Assembly (NCBI GenBank): GCA_963702845.1
Contig: OY969763.1
Span: 5,920,001 to 5,984,000 of the forward strand
Length of the DNA: 64,000 nt
DNA from: an uncultured Verrucomicrobiae bacterium
GTDB lineage: Bacteria > Verrucomicrobiota > Verrucomicrobiia > Limisphaerales > Palsa-1400
Direction of reading: 5' to 3'
Positions 50,069-61,003 of this stretch are shown here, in pieces. The position numbers were made by a program, and so were the translations under genes. The notes beneath the pieces are model-generated. The model was given only the letters and a program-made list of their open reading frames with translations, did no database searches and had not been told where the DNA came from. Position 1 is the stretch's first letter. Each line of letters begins with the position of its first letter.

Positions 50069-51114
50069 CGAAACTCGCCATCATCGTTGCTTTTCTTGCT
50101 TCCATGACAACCGCCATGTGTCAACTAAACGAGCGCGCAATTGACGAATTATTCCGTGATTTTTCCGGAGACCAGCCGGGCGCGAGCGTTATGGTGATTC
50201 GAGACGGCAAACCGATTTTTGCCAAGGCCTACGGGATGGCCAACGTCGAACAAAATGTTCGATGCACAACGAACTCCAATTTCCGTCTCGCATCTGTGAC
50301 GAAGCAGTTCACCGCGATGGGCATCATGATTTTGGTCGAGCGCGGCAAGCTGTCGCTCGACGATAAGATCACAAAATTCTTTCCCGGCTTTCCAAAATAC
50401 GGCGACCAGATCACCGTTCGCCATTTGCTGACGCACACGTCCGGCGTCTTCGATTACGATGACCACGTTCCACCGGGAACTACCGTTCAACTCAAAGACA
50501 AAGACGTCCTACAAACTGTCAGAGAGCACGATGGGGCCTATTTTCCGCCCGGAACCAAATTCCGTTACAGCAATTCCGGTTACGCGCTGCTCGCGTTGAT
50601 CATCGAAAAAGTTTCCAGTCAGAGTTACGCGCAGTTTCAAAAGGCGAATATCTTTGATCCAGTTGGCATGAAGAATACGGTGGCATTTGAGGAAGGTATT
50701 TCCACCGTTCAAAACCGCGCGTTCGGCTATGCCCGGGAGAATTCGACTCTTGTTCCAAAAGATCAAAGCCTGACCAGCGCTGTGCTGGGCGATGGCGGCA
50801 TTTATTCGTCAGTGGTCGATCTCTTCAAATGGGATCAGGCGCTTTATACCGAGAAACTGATCAGCTCAAAAATGCTCAAGGACGCTTACACCGTGCACTC
50901 AAAGGACTCAGACATGGCCGGCAGCGGTTACGGTTACGGTTGGTATGTGGCCGGCCCCGATCACGTCTGGCACTACGGCAGCACTTGTGGTTTCAATACG
51001 ATGATCAATCGCTTCCCGCAAAAGAAAACCACCATCATCATTTTGACGAATCGTAACGACGCGAAGCTCGCGGAATTAACACCGAAACTTGTTGCTTTGG
51101 TGATGGCCCGGTAG
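50065..51114 (+). CDS. Serine hydrolase, beta-lactamase class C-like family
   Basis: SVTK, LLTHTSG, YSN, HYG motifs; signal peptide. Confidence 0.9.
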   Translation: MTKLAIIVAFLASMTTAMCQLNERAIDELFRDFSGDQPGASVMVIRDGKPIFAKAYGMANVEQNVRCTTNSNFRLASVTKQFTAMGIMILVERGKLSLDDKITKFFPGFPKYGDQITVRHLLTHTSGVFDYDDHVPPGTTVQLKDKDVLQTVREHDGAYFPPGTKFRYSNSGYALLALIIEKVSSQSYAQFQKANIFDPVGMKNTVAFEEGISTVQNRAFGYARENSTLVPKDQSLTSAVLGDGGIYSSVVDLFKWDQALYTEKLISSKMLKDAYTVHSKDSDMAGSGYGYGWYVAGPDHVWHYGSTCGFNTMINRFPQKKTTIIILTNRNDAKLAELTPKLVALVMAR

Positions 51115-51124
51115 GGCGAGGATT

Positions 51125-51956
51125 CTATTTCGGATCAAGCCTCATCAACTCAAACGTTGGCTCGCGATCCTTCCAAATCGTCACCAGCGTCCAGCCCTCC
51201 AATTTCGCATTGCGTGGGAAGCCGAAGGAAATCGCAGGCGCGCCGAGTAACAGTATGTCGTGATCATGGTTCACGAGTTCTTTGTGCAAATGGCCGCTGA
51301 GCACCGCTTTCACCCTGGCCGTCTCGCAAAGCTTTAGCAGGCGCAGGCGCTGTTCTGGTTCGACATTCCAATATCCGCCGCCTGCTTCGGTCGCGTTCGT
51401 CACGAAGAGCGGATAGTGCATGAACAAAATCTTCGGCGTGTCGTTGGTTTTCGCGAGCTCGAGTTCCAAAAACTTCCATTGATCGCGTTCGCGCGCAAAA
51501 CCGCTGCCGAAAAGCGACGCGTCCACACCGATGACATGAATGCCGTGTTCGTCCCTGGCGAAGAATGACGGGCCCATCACACGTTCGTAATTTTTCACAC
51601 TGTCGACGGTGACGGTTCCGTTTGTTTTGCCGGAATTTATTTTGTGTCCCACATCGTGATTGCCGGGAACGTAATAGACCGGTGCGTTGAGTTTTTTCGC
51701 GCGATTACGACACTCGCGCAATTGCTCTGGCTTTCCGCCGTTCGAGAGGTCGCCGGTGACGAGAACGAAATCAACTTTTGCCTTATTTACAGCCGCGATG
51801 GCCTTTTCGAAGTGCTGTTCGTAAACGCCGTCATGCTCATTTGTGCGTAACATCGTGTGCGTATCCGAAAGCAGCGATGCGCGCGACCGGAGTGTCCTTT
51901 GACAACACGCTGCACGCGACCGCCAGCACGAGCCAGAGCACGAGGAAACGTTTCAT
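51125..51956 (-). CDS. Secreted calcineurin-like metallophosphoesterase, apparent frameshift near 51875
   Basis: GD, GNHD, HYP, GHLH motifs; the first motif 'LLSDTH' lies upstream of ATG 51853 in frame. Signal peptide 'MKRFLVLWLVLAVACS' from ATG 51956 is in a different frame. Confidence 0.82.
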
Positions 51957-52096
51957 GTCGCAAGGTTTAACATTCACGCGGGGGTTTGTCAGAGAAAATG
52001 GTAAGCCGGGCTCCTGACTTTTCCCCTCAACAAATAGGACGGACTACTTATTTGCACGAGGCAGGTCGGTCGTACCTTATTAACGAGGAGGCATTT

Positions 52097-52795
52097 ATGG
52101 CAGATGAAATCATTTATCCGGTGAATGGTAAACGCGTGTGGTGGGGCGCCATTTTTGCGGGCGGCATCGTCACTTTGCTGGTCAGCTTCATGTTGGGCTT
52201 GCTCGGAATTGCCATCGGTGCTGCAAATGTTGACTTCCGCAACGGGATTTCCACCAGCGGCGTTGGGCAAAGCGCGTTGATCTGGTGGCTTGTCATTACC
52301 TTTGTGGCCTACTTTTGCGGTGGTTGCGTCGCGGGCAGGTTGGCGAACGTATTCCGACGCGGTGACGCCATGCTGCACGGCATAGTCACTTGGGGCGTTG
52401 TTACGATCGCGGTCGTTGTCCTTGTTGGTTCGGCATTCGGTGGTGTTCTTTCGGGCATGACGAACTTCCTTGCGGGCGGTCTGCAAGGGCAGGGGAGCCA
52501 ACGATTCAGCGCGCACACTCAGATGAACGAACCCGCCGGTGGCAATGTAAACGTTGCTAACGCGAATTCTTCGGCCGAAAATAAATCTGAAGCGACGCAG
52601 TCGACGTCATCGTCAGACCAGGACCGGCAACAACTGCGTGAAACCGCCGGGGCCGCCGCTCAAATGACCTCCGAAGCTGCCACTTGGACGCTGGTTGCGC
52701 TGGCCGTTGGCGGATTGGCTGCACTGTTCGGTGGCGCTTCTGGTTTGGGAAGAACGCGACTGAAAACCACCACCACGACGACAGCGCGAGCGTAG
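52097..52795 (+). CDS. Membrane protein of the 'WGAIFAG' (YrzE/PhnA-like) family
   Basis: GAGGAGG RBS; 'WGAIFAG', 'GGCVAGRLA', 'LHGIVTWG'; four TMs. Confidence 0.75.
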   Translation: MADEIIYPVNGKRVWWGAIFAGGIVTLLVSFMLGLLGIAIGAANVDFRNGISTSGVGQSALIWWLVITFVAYFCGGCVAGRLANVFRRGDAMLHGIVTWGVVTIAVVVLVGSAFGGVLSGMTNFLAGGLQGQGSQRFSAHTQMNEPAGGNVNVANANSSAENKSEATQSTSSSDQDRQQLRETAGAAAQMTSEAATWTLVALAVGGLAALFGGASGLGRTRLKTTTTTTARA

Positions 52796-52844
52796 GCGCC
52801 GCAAAAGATGTTTCTAAAGTCGGAATTTTGTGCATCATTCTGGA

Positions 52845-54974
52845 GTGAAGGTTCTTCTCCGAACACTGCTGGTATTTTTCATCGTCCTATCTGCACACGC
52901 CGCAGCGAATACCCAATGGCGGTTAGTCCTTTCGACGGAGAGCGTTCAACCCGGCCAAACCGTCATGGCTGGGCTCGAGATGAAAATCCCGACGAAGTGG
53001 CATACTTACTGGCGCAACCCTGGCGATTCCGGAATTGCGACATCGATTAAATGGACTCTTCCGCCCGGTGTCAAAGCCGGCGAAATCCTATGGCCGGTTC
53101 CCAGAAAATTCACTGAAAGCCAGGGCGAAATCAGTCTGGTCACCTACATTTACGAAGACACGGCTGTTCTATTGATCCCGCTCGAAATTTCCAAAGACGT
53201 TCCGTCCGGTCGCTTGGACATTCAGGGTAAAGTCTCCTGGCAGGAATGTGAGCAACTCTGCGTTCAAGGCCACACCGATGTCACCGCTACGCTCAACATC
53301 GGAACTGAAACAAAGCCTTCCGCAGACGCAGCTTTGATCGATCAATGGCGTCAACGCCTGCCAATAGCCGAACCAAAACCGAACGCCAAAGCATATTGGG
53401 AATCCGCCACTGCGACGGCTGACGAAAGGACCGTCGTCATCGAGTGGCAGACGTCTGACCCGAAAGCGGATTTTTTTCCTTACAAACAATCCGGCTTCGA
53501 CGTGGGCGGTCGGACCGAGGCTCAACCCGTTGGCAGGCGCGATGCGGAAAAGCTGCAAGCAATCAAGTTGCGAAAAGTGTTTTCGAAATCCGAAGGCGGC
53601 TGGCCAACCAGTTTGACTGGCGTTCTGGTCACTGGTGCAAATGAAGGATACGAAGTCACGTTGCCAATCAGCTCAGCTCCCGTCGCCGCGATTGCAAGAA
53701 CCGGCGCCAATTCGGCCTCGCTGATAAAAATGCTCTTCTACGCGCTTCTCGGCGGCCTGATTCTAAATATCATGCCGTGCGTTCTCCCAGTGATCGCGTT
53801 GAAAGTTTTGGGCTTCGTCAACCAGGCGAAAGAAGAACCCCGGCTCGTTCGCAAGCTCGGAATTGTTTACGGAGTTGGTGTTCTCGTGTCGTTTTTCGTG
53901 CTCGCCCTCATCGCGATTGGCGTCCAAAAAGCCGGCGGCGTTCCGGATTGGGGGACCGCCTTCCGCAACCCGGTTTTCCGCGTTTTGATTACGATCCTGA
54001 TCACGCTGGTCGCTCTTAACCTGTTTGGGTTATTCGAGGTCACCTTGAACGGAAGCACCCTCGGTGCAGCAGCGGAACTAACGGCCAAAGAGGGCTACCC
54101 CGGCGCATTCTTCAATGGTGTGCTGGCCACGATCCTCGCTACACCCTGCACGGCACCGTTCCTTGTCGGCGCGCTGGCCTTTGCATTTACGCAACCACCG
54201 CCGATTATCGTCTTAACCTTTCTCGTCGTTGGGATTGGTTTGGCGCTTCCGTTTGTCATTATTTGCCTCGACCCGCGCCTGCTCAAATTCCTGCCGAAAC
54301 CCGGAGTCTGGATGCATCATTTCAAAGTCGCCATGGGTTTTCCGGTGCTTGCGACCGCCATGTGGCTCTTCTGGTTGACCGCCACGCGCATGGGCAGATC
54401 GGGCGTCCTGTGGTTCGGTCTCTTTCTCGTGATGCTTGCTTTCGCCGCGTGGGTCTGGGGCCAATTTGTCCAACGCACCTTCAAACGTCGCGGATTCGCC
54501 ATCGGCGCGGCCCTGTTGGTGCTGGTTGTTGGCTACACCTACATTCTTGAAGGCAAACTCGCCTGGCGTTCCAATGGAATGATCAAAGAAGCGATTGTCT
54601 GGAAACCGTGGAGTTCCGAGGCTGTTGAAAAGGCGCGCCGCGACGGTCATCCCGTTCTCGTCGATTTCACAGCCGATTCATGCCTCAACTGCCAGTTCAA
54701 CAAACTGACCAGCATCGAAGTCGCACCGACTGAAAAGAAGCTGAAAGAAATCGGTGCGGAGACTTTCGTGGCCGACTATACGGATCAAAGTCCTGTAATC
54801 GCCAAAGAACTTCAACGTTATGATCGGCCCGGTGTGCCTCTTGTCCTGGTTTTTCCCACGGACCTCAACAAACCAGCAATCGTGCTACCGCCACTGTTGA
54901 CGAAATCCATCGTCCTACACGCGCTTGATGAAGCTGTGGGCACGGTCGCTCCGAATCAGAGCGCCTCTCGCTGA
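52845..54974 (+). CDS. DsbD-family thiol:disulfide interchange protein
   Basis: 'WHTYWRNPGDSG', 'LNIMPCVLPV', 'ATPCTAPF', C-terminal thioredoxin CLNC. Confidence 0.92.
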   Translation: MKVLLRTLLVFFIVLSAHAAANTQWRLVLSTESVQPGQTVMAGLEMKIPTKWHTYWRNPGDSGIATSIKWTLPPGVKAGEILWPVPRKFTESQGEISLVTYIYEDTAVLLIPLEISKDVPSGRLDIQGKVSWQECEQLCVQGHTDVTATLNIGTETKPSADAALIDQWRQRLPIAEPKPNAKAYWESATATADERTVVIEWQTSDPKADFFPYKQSGFDVGGRTEAQPVGRRDAEKLQAIKLRKVFSKSEGGWPTSLTGVLVTGANEGYEVTLPISSAPVAAIARTGANSASLIKMLFYALLGGLILNIMPCVLPVIALKVLGFVNQAKEEPRLVRKLGIVYGVGVLVSFFVLALIAIGVQKAGGVPDWGTAFRNPVFRVLITILITLVALNLFGLFEVTLNGSTLGAAAELTAKEGYPGAFFNGVLATILATPCTAPFLVGALAFAFTQPPPIIVLTFLVVGIGLALPFVIICLDPRLLKFLPKPGVWMHHFKVAMGFPVLATAMWLFWLTATRMGRSGVLWFGLFLVMLAFAAWVWGQFVQRTFKRRGFAIGAALLVLVVGYTYILEGKLAWRSNGMIKEAIVWKPWSSEAVEKARRDGHPVLVDFTADSCLNCQFNKLTSIEVAPTEKKLKEIGAETFVADYTDQSPVIAKELQRYDRPGVPLVLVFPTDLNKPAIVLPPLLTKSIVLHALDEAVGTVAPNQSASR

Positions 54975-54983
54975 TCCGCTGAA

Positions 54984-55913
54984 CTAGAGCGACGCAAAAA
55001 CTTTTTCGAGGAACAGCCGGTTCGCTTTTGCATTGGCTGTGACTTCGTCAAACGTTTTGCCTGCGGCGCATTCGACCATCACCGGTCCGTTGAAACCGGC
55101 TTTCTTCATTTCGCCAAACACCGCCGGGAAATCCACCTTGCCCTGGCCGAACTGCACGAACACGTCACCCTTCTGTTCGTCGCAATCTTTGGCGCAGAAG
55201 CCGGTGACGTATTGCACGATCGGCTTCAACTGCTCGACGGGATCTTTGCCCGTGTAATAAATGATGTTGCCCGCGTCGTACCAAATTTTGAAATTCGGCC
55301 GGTTCACCGCTTTGATACAGCGCAAGATTTCCTCAGACGCCCCACTCCCGCCGCCGTGTGGCTTCATCACCAGCTTAATTTTCTTTTCCGCGCAATAATC
55401 CGCCGTGTCCGCCATCACCTTGTAATAAGTGTCGTAATGCTCCGGTTTATCCACGCCGAAAGTCAGCAGCCATTCCGTGCCGAGCGTATGCGCATTATCC
55501 ACCTGTTTGCGGACGTCTTTTATCTGCGCGTCCAGCGGCAGCGAATCCTTCTGTCGTAGCGCACACATATTTGCGTGCAGATGGTGCGACGCGGTTTTCT
55601 TCTTCAACGCCGCCAGATATTCCGGCGTCGCACTGGAGCCGTTGAACGGATCTTCCGGCATGCTCGTCAGATACCCAAAAAATTTGTAACCCGCCTTCTC
55701 GGCACCGGTGAGCGCGACGTCGATGCCCCAATTCGCTTTCTGCGGCACCGTAATCGGCTGCGTCTTTGTGCCGAACTGTTGCATCCACGGCCGGTTGAAA
55801 ACGCCGATCGGCCAATTCACACCCGGTTTGGCTTGCGCCGAAACTGCTGCGCCGGCGACGGCAAGGGCTGTGGTTTGGACAAAGTGACGTCGGGACATGC
55901 GATGCGTGTTCAT
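54984..55913 (-). CDS. Tat-exported sugar phosphate isomerase/epimerase family protein
   Basis: SRRHFV Tat motif; 'MKPHGG', 'WYDAGN', 'GKVDFPAVF'. Confidence 0.85.
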   Translation of the reverse strand: MNTHRMSRRHFVQTTALAVAGAAVSAQAKPGVNWPIGVFNRPWMQQFGTKTQPITVPQKANWGIDVALTGAEKAGYKFFGYLTSMPEDPFNGSSATPEYLAALKKKTASHHLHANMCALRQKDSLPLDAQIKDVRKQVDNAHTLGTEWLLTFGVDKPEHYDTYYKVMADTADYCAEKKIKLVMKPHGGGSGASEEILRCIKAVNRPNFKIWYDAGNIIYYTGKDPVEQLKPIVQYVTGFCAKDCDEQKGDVFVQFGQGKVDFPAVFGEMKKAGFNGPVMVECAAGKTFDEVTANAKANRLFLEKVFASL

Positions 55914-56060
55914 ATATCTGAGGCCGCAATTTACGGCTCCCGATTTACCAATGACCAGTCTTTTCTGCCAACGGATGCCGCGATCGGGAAAATTCGGAGT
56001 GGGCGAGTCAATCCAACAGCCAATTGCAAATGGGCCGTCTTTTGCTACTGTGCTCGCCTC

Positions 56061-57590
56061 ATGCGGACGATTGGCAAACTAATTATCCTTTCGGCAGTGT
56101 TGGGCGTGATCGCCTGCCGCACTGGTGCGCAAACAAACACCTTCCCTTCCGACCCGCTCCTCGACCTGCTGATTAAGAAAGGTTACGTCAGCGAAGACGA
56201 AGCCAAAAAAGTCCGGGCCGAAGCCGGCGCGGCGCAAACCAACAACACTGATCTCGCGCGCACGAAATGGACGATTGGCAATGGCTTCAAGAAAGGTGAG
56301 TTTTTTGGCGACGTTCGTTTGCGCTTCGAAGATCGCACGGTCCATGCTCCGAACGGTTCCCGCTTCGAACTCGACCGTTTGCGTTACGCCGCGCGCATAG
56401 GCCTGCGCGCCGATCTTGTGGGTGATTTTTATTTCGGCCTGCGTCTGGAAACCGCCTCCAACCCGCGTTCGACATGGGTAAACTTCGCCACTTCCACCAG
56501 CGGCGCGCCTTACTCCGGGCCCTTCGGAAAATCGTCAGCCGGCATTAACGTTGGACAGATCTATATTGGCTACAAACCCAAACCGTGGGTCGACATCACA
56601 TTGGGAAAGATGCCCAACCCGCTCTACACCACGGCGATGCTTTGGGATTCTGATCTCAATCCCGAAGGCGCATCAGAACGGTTTAATTTCAAACTCGGTG
56701 ACGCCGAATTGTTCGCCAATTTCGGCCAATTTTATTATCAGGACGTAAACCCGACGCGAAGCGCCGCCTTTCTCGTACCTACACTTCCAGACGGTTCCGA
56801 CGCGCCCTCTCCCTGGATGTTCGCATGGCAATTAGGCGCCAACTACCACATCAATCAGGACATCTCCGCCAAAGCCGCCGCCACGCTCTACAACTACACC
56901 AGCCACGGTGCCCTGGCGCTCGCGGGCAGTTCCACCCTCAATCCGGGCTTTAACGGACCTTTTGTCGGTGAAGGCGCGACTAATTTCAACGGCAGCAGTG
57001 GATTCCCGAGTGGCCCGAACAACGGCTTCGTGTTCAATCAAACAGGCATCAACGACCTGCTCGTCCTCGACTTCCCGTTCGAACTCAACTTCAAACTTTG
57101 TGACTATCGCGCCCGCTTCTTCGGCGACTTCGCAATGAATTTAGACGGCGCCGATCGCGCCCGCGCTGCTGTGCAGGGCGCAGCCAACAACACGTCCATG
57201 AAACTGACGTTGCCGCTACAGAAAAACGACAACAAAGCCTATCAACTCGGCATCGCACTTTCCAATGGTGACAACATCAATACCGTCAACGGCTCCAACA
57301 ATCATCGTGGCGGTTGGGAAACCCGTTTGTATTGGCAGCACGTCGAACAATACGCCCTTGATCCCAACCTCATAGACTCCGATTTCTTTGAAGGCCGTGA
57401 GAACCTTGAAGGCATCTACGTCGCCGCCGCCTATTCTGTCACCGACAACATCATCGGCACCCTCCGCTTCGGCCACGCTTGGCGCATCAACTCCCTCCTC
57501 GGCACCGGCGGCTCCAACCAGGACATCCCTTTTGTAAACCCCATTCAGGACTACCAAATCATCCAGGCCGACTTCACCTGCCGGTTCTAA
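56061..57590 (+). CDS. Putative outer-membrane porin (Porin_5-like)
   Basis: 'LLDLLIKKG', 'GDVRLRFE', 'GKMPNP', 'WDSDLNPEG', terminal Phe. Confidence 0.82.
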   Translation: MRTIGKLIILSAVLGVIACRTGAQTNTFPSDPLLDLLIKKGYVSEDEAKKVRAEAGAAQTNNTDLARTKWTIGNGFKKGEFFGDVRLRFEDRTVHAPNGSRFELDRLRYAARIGLRADLVGDFYFGLRLETASNPRSTWVNFATSTSGAPYSGPFGKSSAGINVGQIYIGYKPKPWVDITLGKMPNPLYTTAMLWDSDLNPEGASERFNFKLGDAELFANFGQFYYQDVNPTRSAAFLVPTLPDGSDAPSPWMFAWQLGANYHINQDISAKAAATLYNYTSHGALALAGSSTLNPGFNGPFVGEGATNFNGSSGFPSGPNNGFVFNQTGINDLLVLDFPFELNFKLCDYRARFFGDFAMNLDGADRARAAVQGAANNTSMKLTLPLQKNDNKAYQLGIALSNGDNINTVNGSNNHRGGWETRLYWQHVEQYALDPNLIDSDFFEGRENLEGIYVAAAYSVTDNIIGTLRFGHAWRINSLLGTGGSNQDIPFVNPIQDYQIIQADFTCRF

Positions 57591-57600
57591 TGGGTAGGGG

Positions 57601-57624
57601 GTAGGGCGAAGCTCCGGCTGAGCC
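57601..57624 (+). repeat. GTAG-type REP-like hairpin
   Basis: GTAGGGCGAAGCTCCGGCTGAGCC just downstream of the porin stop. Confidence 0.45.
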
Positions 57625-57648
57625 TTTCAGCAGTGCAGCCTTCACATC

Positions 57649-57841
57649 TTGACAAGTAGTGCCTTTATGTCACGCTCCATCGCCTGCCGGGCTCGGCTCG
57701 TCGGTGTTCCGAAGCCTTTGGTTTCGCTCCGCGTTCTTTGACATAAATGTAACTACAGTAGCAGGTTCCGTTTACGAATTTGCCGTGGAAAGTAGCTACA
57801 AGTTGCGACTTGTAGTTGATTGTAGCAACTAGTAGCAACAT
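57649..57841 (+). other. Non-coding element copy B: promoter, leader, boxA-like motif, 10-bp array (possible ncRNA)
   Basis: TTGACA (57649)-N16-CACGCT; GTTCTTTGACA at 57733; array 57795-57841 homologous to 8085-8131. No ORF; convergent with cusA. Confidence 0.6.
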
Positions 57842-57886
57842 CCCCGCAAGAAAAGCGCCTTGCCTTGGTGCAGCTGTGGTAAGTTC

Positions 57887-60800
57887 TTAACCTTGAGCGG
57901 TTTTCGGTGCAAAACGCCCCCATCGCAACGCCAACGTTGGTAGCACGAGCAGGTTCAACACCGTCGAGGTCAGTAGCCCGCCAAGAATCACAATCGACAT
58001 CGGTCCTTCGATTTCGCGTCCGGCCTCTCCTGTCCCGATGGCCAGTGGCAAAAGACCTAACGCCGTTACCAGAGCAGTCATCAAAATCGGCACAAGCCGC
58101 TCCGTGGCTCCACGCAACGCTGCTTCAGGCCCCCACGGAATGCCTTCCTGGGTGACGAGATGTTCGAAGTGCGAAATCATCATGATCGAGTTGCGCATCG
58201 TAATGCCGAAGAGCGTCACAAGTCCGACCATCGAGCCGAGTGAAAGATCACCCTTGCCTGTGTCGCTCAGCACGCCAGTAATAAAGGCCGCGAGGATGCC
58301 GCCAACCAACGCAAATGGAACGTTCGCCAAAACCAGCAGCAGGTTGCGCCAATTGCCGAAAATAATCGCGAGCAGAAGAACGATTGCGACACCCGCAATA
58401 AGCGAGTGAATGAGTAACTCACGTTGGGCCGCCGCCTGTTGTTGGGCTGCGCCGGAGTAGACGATATACGCAACCTTGGGTAATTGAACCTGGGCCGCAA
58501 CCTTTTGCTTCGCTTCGGCCACAAACGTCGAAACATCACGGCCGCGCACGTTGCACGTTACCGTCTGCCGTCGCCGTGCGCCCTCGTGCAAAATATTGTA
58601 ACGGCCTGACGTCGTGTAAATTGCTGCCAGCTCACGCAAAGGCATGCGCAAACCGGAATCATTCTGCACCATAAACGATTCGATGCTGTGCCTGTTTTGC
58701 CGATCCACGGAATCGAGAATCACTGCCACATCCGTGACGCGGTTCCCTTGATAAACCTGTCCGACGATGTTTCCCTGAAACGCGAGTTCGATTGCGTCCA
58801 GCACTTCAAGGGGGCGATAGCCGAATCGGGTTAACCGCTCTGGTTTCAAATCGATGGCAATGCGTGGAGCGCCCGGCGGTGATTGCACCTGGACATCAGT
58901 CGAGCCGTTTACGCCCTGCAGCAACGCGGCAATTTCCCGCGCTTTCTGATCGGCAACATCGAGGTCCTCGCAAAAAATGTTGAGCACCACGCCGGCCGTT
59001 TCGCCGCTGACGCTTTCACCAATGCGATCGCCGAGGAAGGTCATGACGCTGGACTGCGCGCCGGGAAATTTTTCAACAATCTCACGTATCTCCTTTTCAG
59101 CGACCTCTTCGTCTTCACCGCTGACACCCCGTTTCAGCTCGACGTGAAATTCGCAGCGTTGCGGCCCCCAGGTATCCTCGCCCATCTCAGCGCGGCCAAC
59201 CTGTTGCTCGACTGATTGAATTTTGGAGTTGGCGAGAAGCTCTTTGGAAACCTCCGCGCCGACCCGCAGCATTTCCGGAAGCGACGTGCCCGGCACCATT
59301 GAAAACTGAATGACGAAATGTCCTTCGCGAAATTCCGGAAGAAACGCGCCACCGAAAAAGGGCAGGGTGGCACATGCTCCGAGCACAAGAAGAATTGCCA
59401 GAGTAATGATCAGTTTCGGCCAGCGCGCGGCGGCGCTGAGCAGCGTGCGTTGTCGGGTTTTGAGCCAACCGATGTATCGCGGTTCCGCGTGCGGTTTGAT
59501 CCGCGAAAAAACCAGGTAACACAACGCCGGCGTCACGGTCAGTGCGACGGCCAGCGAGGCCAGCGTCGCGAGGATGAACGCCACCGCGAGCGGCGCGAAG
59601 AAACGTCCTTGCAGGCCGCTCATCGTCAGCACCGGCAAAAATACGAGCGCCACGATAAACGTCGCGTAAACAATAGCGGAACGGACTTCAATCGATGCCT
59701 CCAGGACGACCGCGAAAACTGAACGCGGTTGCGGCAAGGTGATGTTGTGGCGCAATCGTCGAAGAATGTTTTCGACGTCAATAATCGCGTCGTCGACCAC
59801 AACCCCGATCGCGACCGCAAAGCCGCCCAGCGTCATCGTGTTAATGGTCGCGCCAAAATGATCGAGGATGATGACAGCCGTGAGCAGTGACAATGGAATC
59901 GCCATGAACGAAATCAGGGCGCTGCGAAAATCGAGCAGAAACAAAAACAAAATCACGGCAACGAGCCCGCCGCCGAGCAGCAGCGAGAACTGCACGTTGC
60001 GCAACCCCGTTTCAATGAAATTGGCGGGCCGATGGAGTCGTGGCACATACTGAATGTCTTCCTTTTCAAAGAGCGGCTTCATCTCATCGAGGGCGGCCTC
60101 TAGACCCTGCGTCACTTCCAAGGTGTTCGCGCCATACTGGCCGGAGACGGTGATCAATACTCCGGGTTGCCCCATGATGAGAGAATCGCCAAACTTTGGC
60201 TCGAGTCCATCGACCACGTTCGCGACATCTTTGAGCCGGACTGTCTTGCCATCGGAATGTGCGACGGCGATTTCACCAAGAGCGGCTGCGTTGAGGCTTT
60301 GTCCTTCTGTTTGCAATACAATGCGCTGATTGGCGTTCTCGATGAACCCGGCGCCGCGCACGCCGGTTGCATTACGCGCGGCGTTAAGAACGTCTTGAAC
60401 TGAAATGTTGAACGCGATGAGCCGGTCTGGACGAATCTGGATTTGCAGTTGGGTTGAGTCACCGCCAAACACGGAGACCTTCGCAACACCAGGAACCGCG
60501 AGGAGACGAGGACGCACCGTCCATTCGCCGAACGTGTGCAAATCGACTGGCGAGATATTCGTCGAGATCAGCCCGAACTTGAGGATGTCCATCGTTGAGG
60601 ATGTGAGCGGCTCCATCTTCGGCGACTTCACGCCGGGGGGAAGTTCGCCTGCGAGGGTCGTCAGTTTTTCCGCAAGCATTTGGCGCGCGCGGAAAATATC
60701 AGTGCCTTCTTTGAAGACCGCGGTGACAACCGACAATCCCTGGATTGATTCCGATCGGATGTTTTCAAGATCACTCACTCCGCTGAGGGCGCTTTCGACA

Positions 60801-61003
60801 GGTCGCGTGACAATCGCTTCAACCTGTTCAGGCGCGAGCCCCGGCGATTCGGTTTGGACGACAACCTGTGGAGTGACGAATTCAGGGAAAACGTCCAGCT
60901 TAGCATTCAGCGACACATAAATGCCGTAGCCAATGAGCACGCACGCAAGCGTCAGGACGACGGCGCGAAAACGTAGAGCGTGTTGGACAATCCAGTTGAG
61001 CAT
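57887..61003 (-). CDS. CusA/CzcA family heavy-metal RND permease
   Basis: 'LDVFPEF', 'NTMTLGG..VAIGVVVDDAIIDVENI', 'ERLVPILMTA', 'GREIEGPM'. Confidence 0.93.
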   Translation of the reverse strand: MLNWIVQHALRFRAVVLTLACVLIGYGIYVSLNAKLDVFPEFVTPQVVVQTESPGLAPEQVEAIVTRPVESALSGVSDLENIRSESIQGLSVVTAVFKEGTDIFRARQMLAEKLTTLAGELPPGVKSPKMEPLTSSTMDILKFGLISTNISPVDLHTFGEWTVRPRLLAVPGVAKVSVFGGDSTQLQIQIRPDRLIAFNISVQDVLNAARNATGVRGAGFIENANQRIVLQTEGQSLNAAALGEIAVAHSDGKTVRLKDVANVVDGLEPKFGDSLIMGQPGVLITVSGQYGANTLEVTQGLEAALDEMKPLFEKEDIQYVPRLHRPANFIETGLRNVQFSLLLGGGLVAVILFLFLLDFRSALISFMAIPLSLLTAVIILDHFGATINTMTLGGFAVAIGVVVDDAIIDVENILRRLRHNITLPQPRSVFAVVLEASIEVRSAIVYATFIVALVFLPVLTMSGLQGRFFAPLAVAFILATLASLAVALTVTPALCYLVFSRIKPHAEPRYIGWLKTRQRTLLSAAARWPKLIITLAILLVLGACATLPFFGGAFLPEFREGHFVIQFSMVPGTSLPEMLRVGAEVSKELLANSKIQSVEQQVGRAEMGEDTWGPQRCEFHVELKRGVSGEDEEVAEKEIREIVEKFPGAQSSVMTFLGDRIGESVSGETAGVVLNIFCEDLDVADQKAREIAALLQGVNGSTDVQVQSPPGAPRIAIDLKPERLTRFGYRPLEVLDAIELAFQGNIVGQVYQGNRVTDVAVILDSVDRQNRHSIESFMVQNDSGLRMPLRELAAIYTTSGRYNILHEGARRRQTVTCNVRGRDVSTFVAEAKQKVAAQVQLPKVAYIVYSGAAQQQAAAQRELLIHSLIAGVAIVLLLAIIFGNWRNLLLVLANVPFALVGGILAAFITGVLSDTGKGDLSLGSMVGLVTLFGITMRNSIMMISHFEHLVTQEGIPWGPEAALRGATERLVPILMTALVTALGLLPLAIGTGEAGREIEGPMSIVILGGLLTSTVLNLLVLPTLALRWGRFAPKTAQG

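Noticed and set aside
50065..51114. Beta-lactam resistance gene
   Set aside because: SxxK/YxN motifs are shared by many esterases and peptidases; substrate cannot be inferred.
55575..56060. Long N-terminal extension of the porin ORF
   Set aside because: It overlaps the opposite-strand Tat epimerase; the signal peptide begins at ATG 56061.
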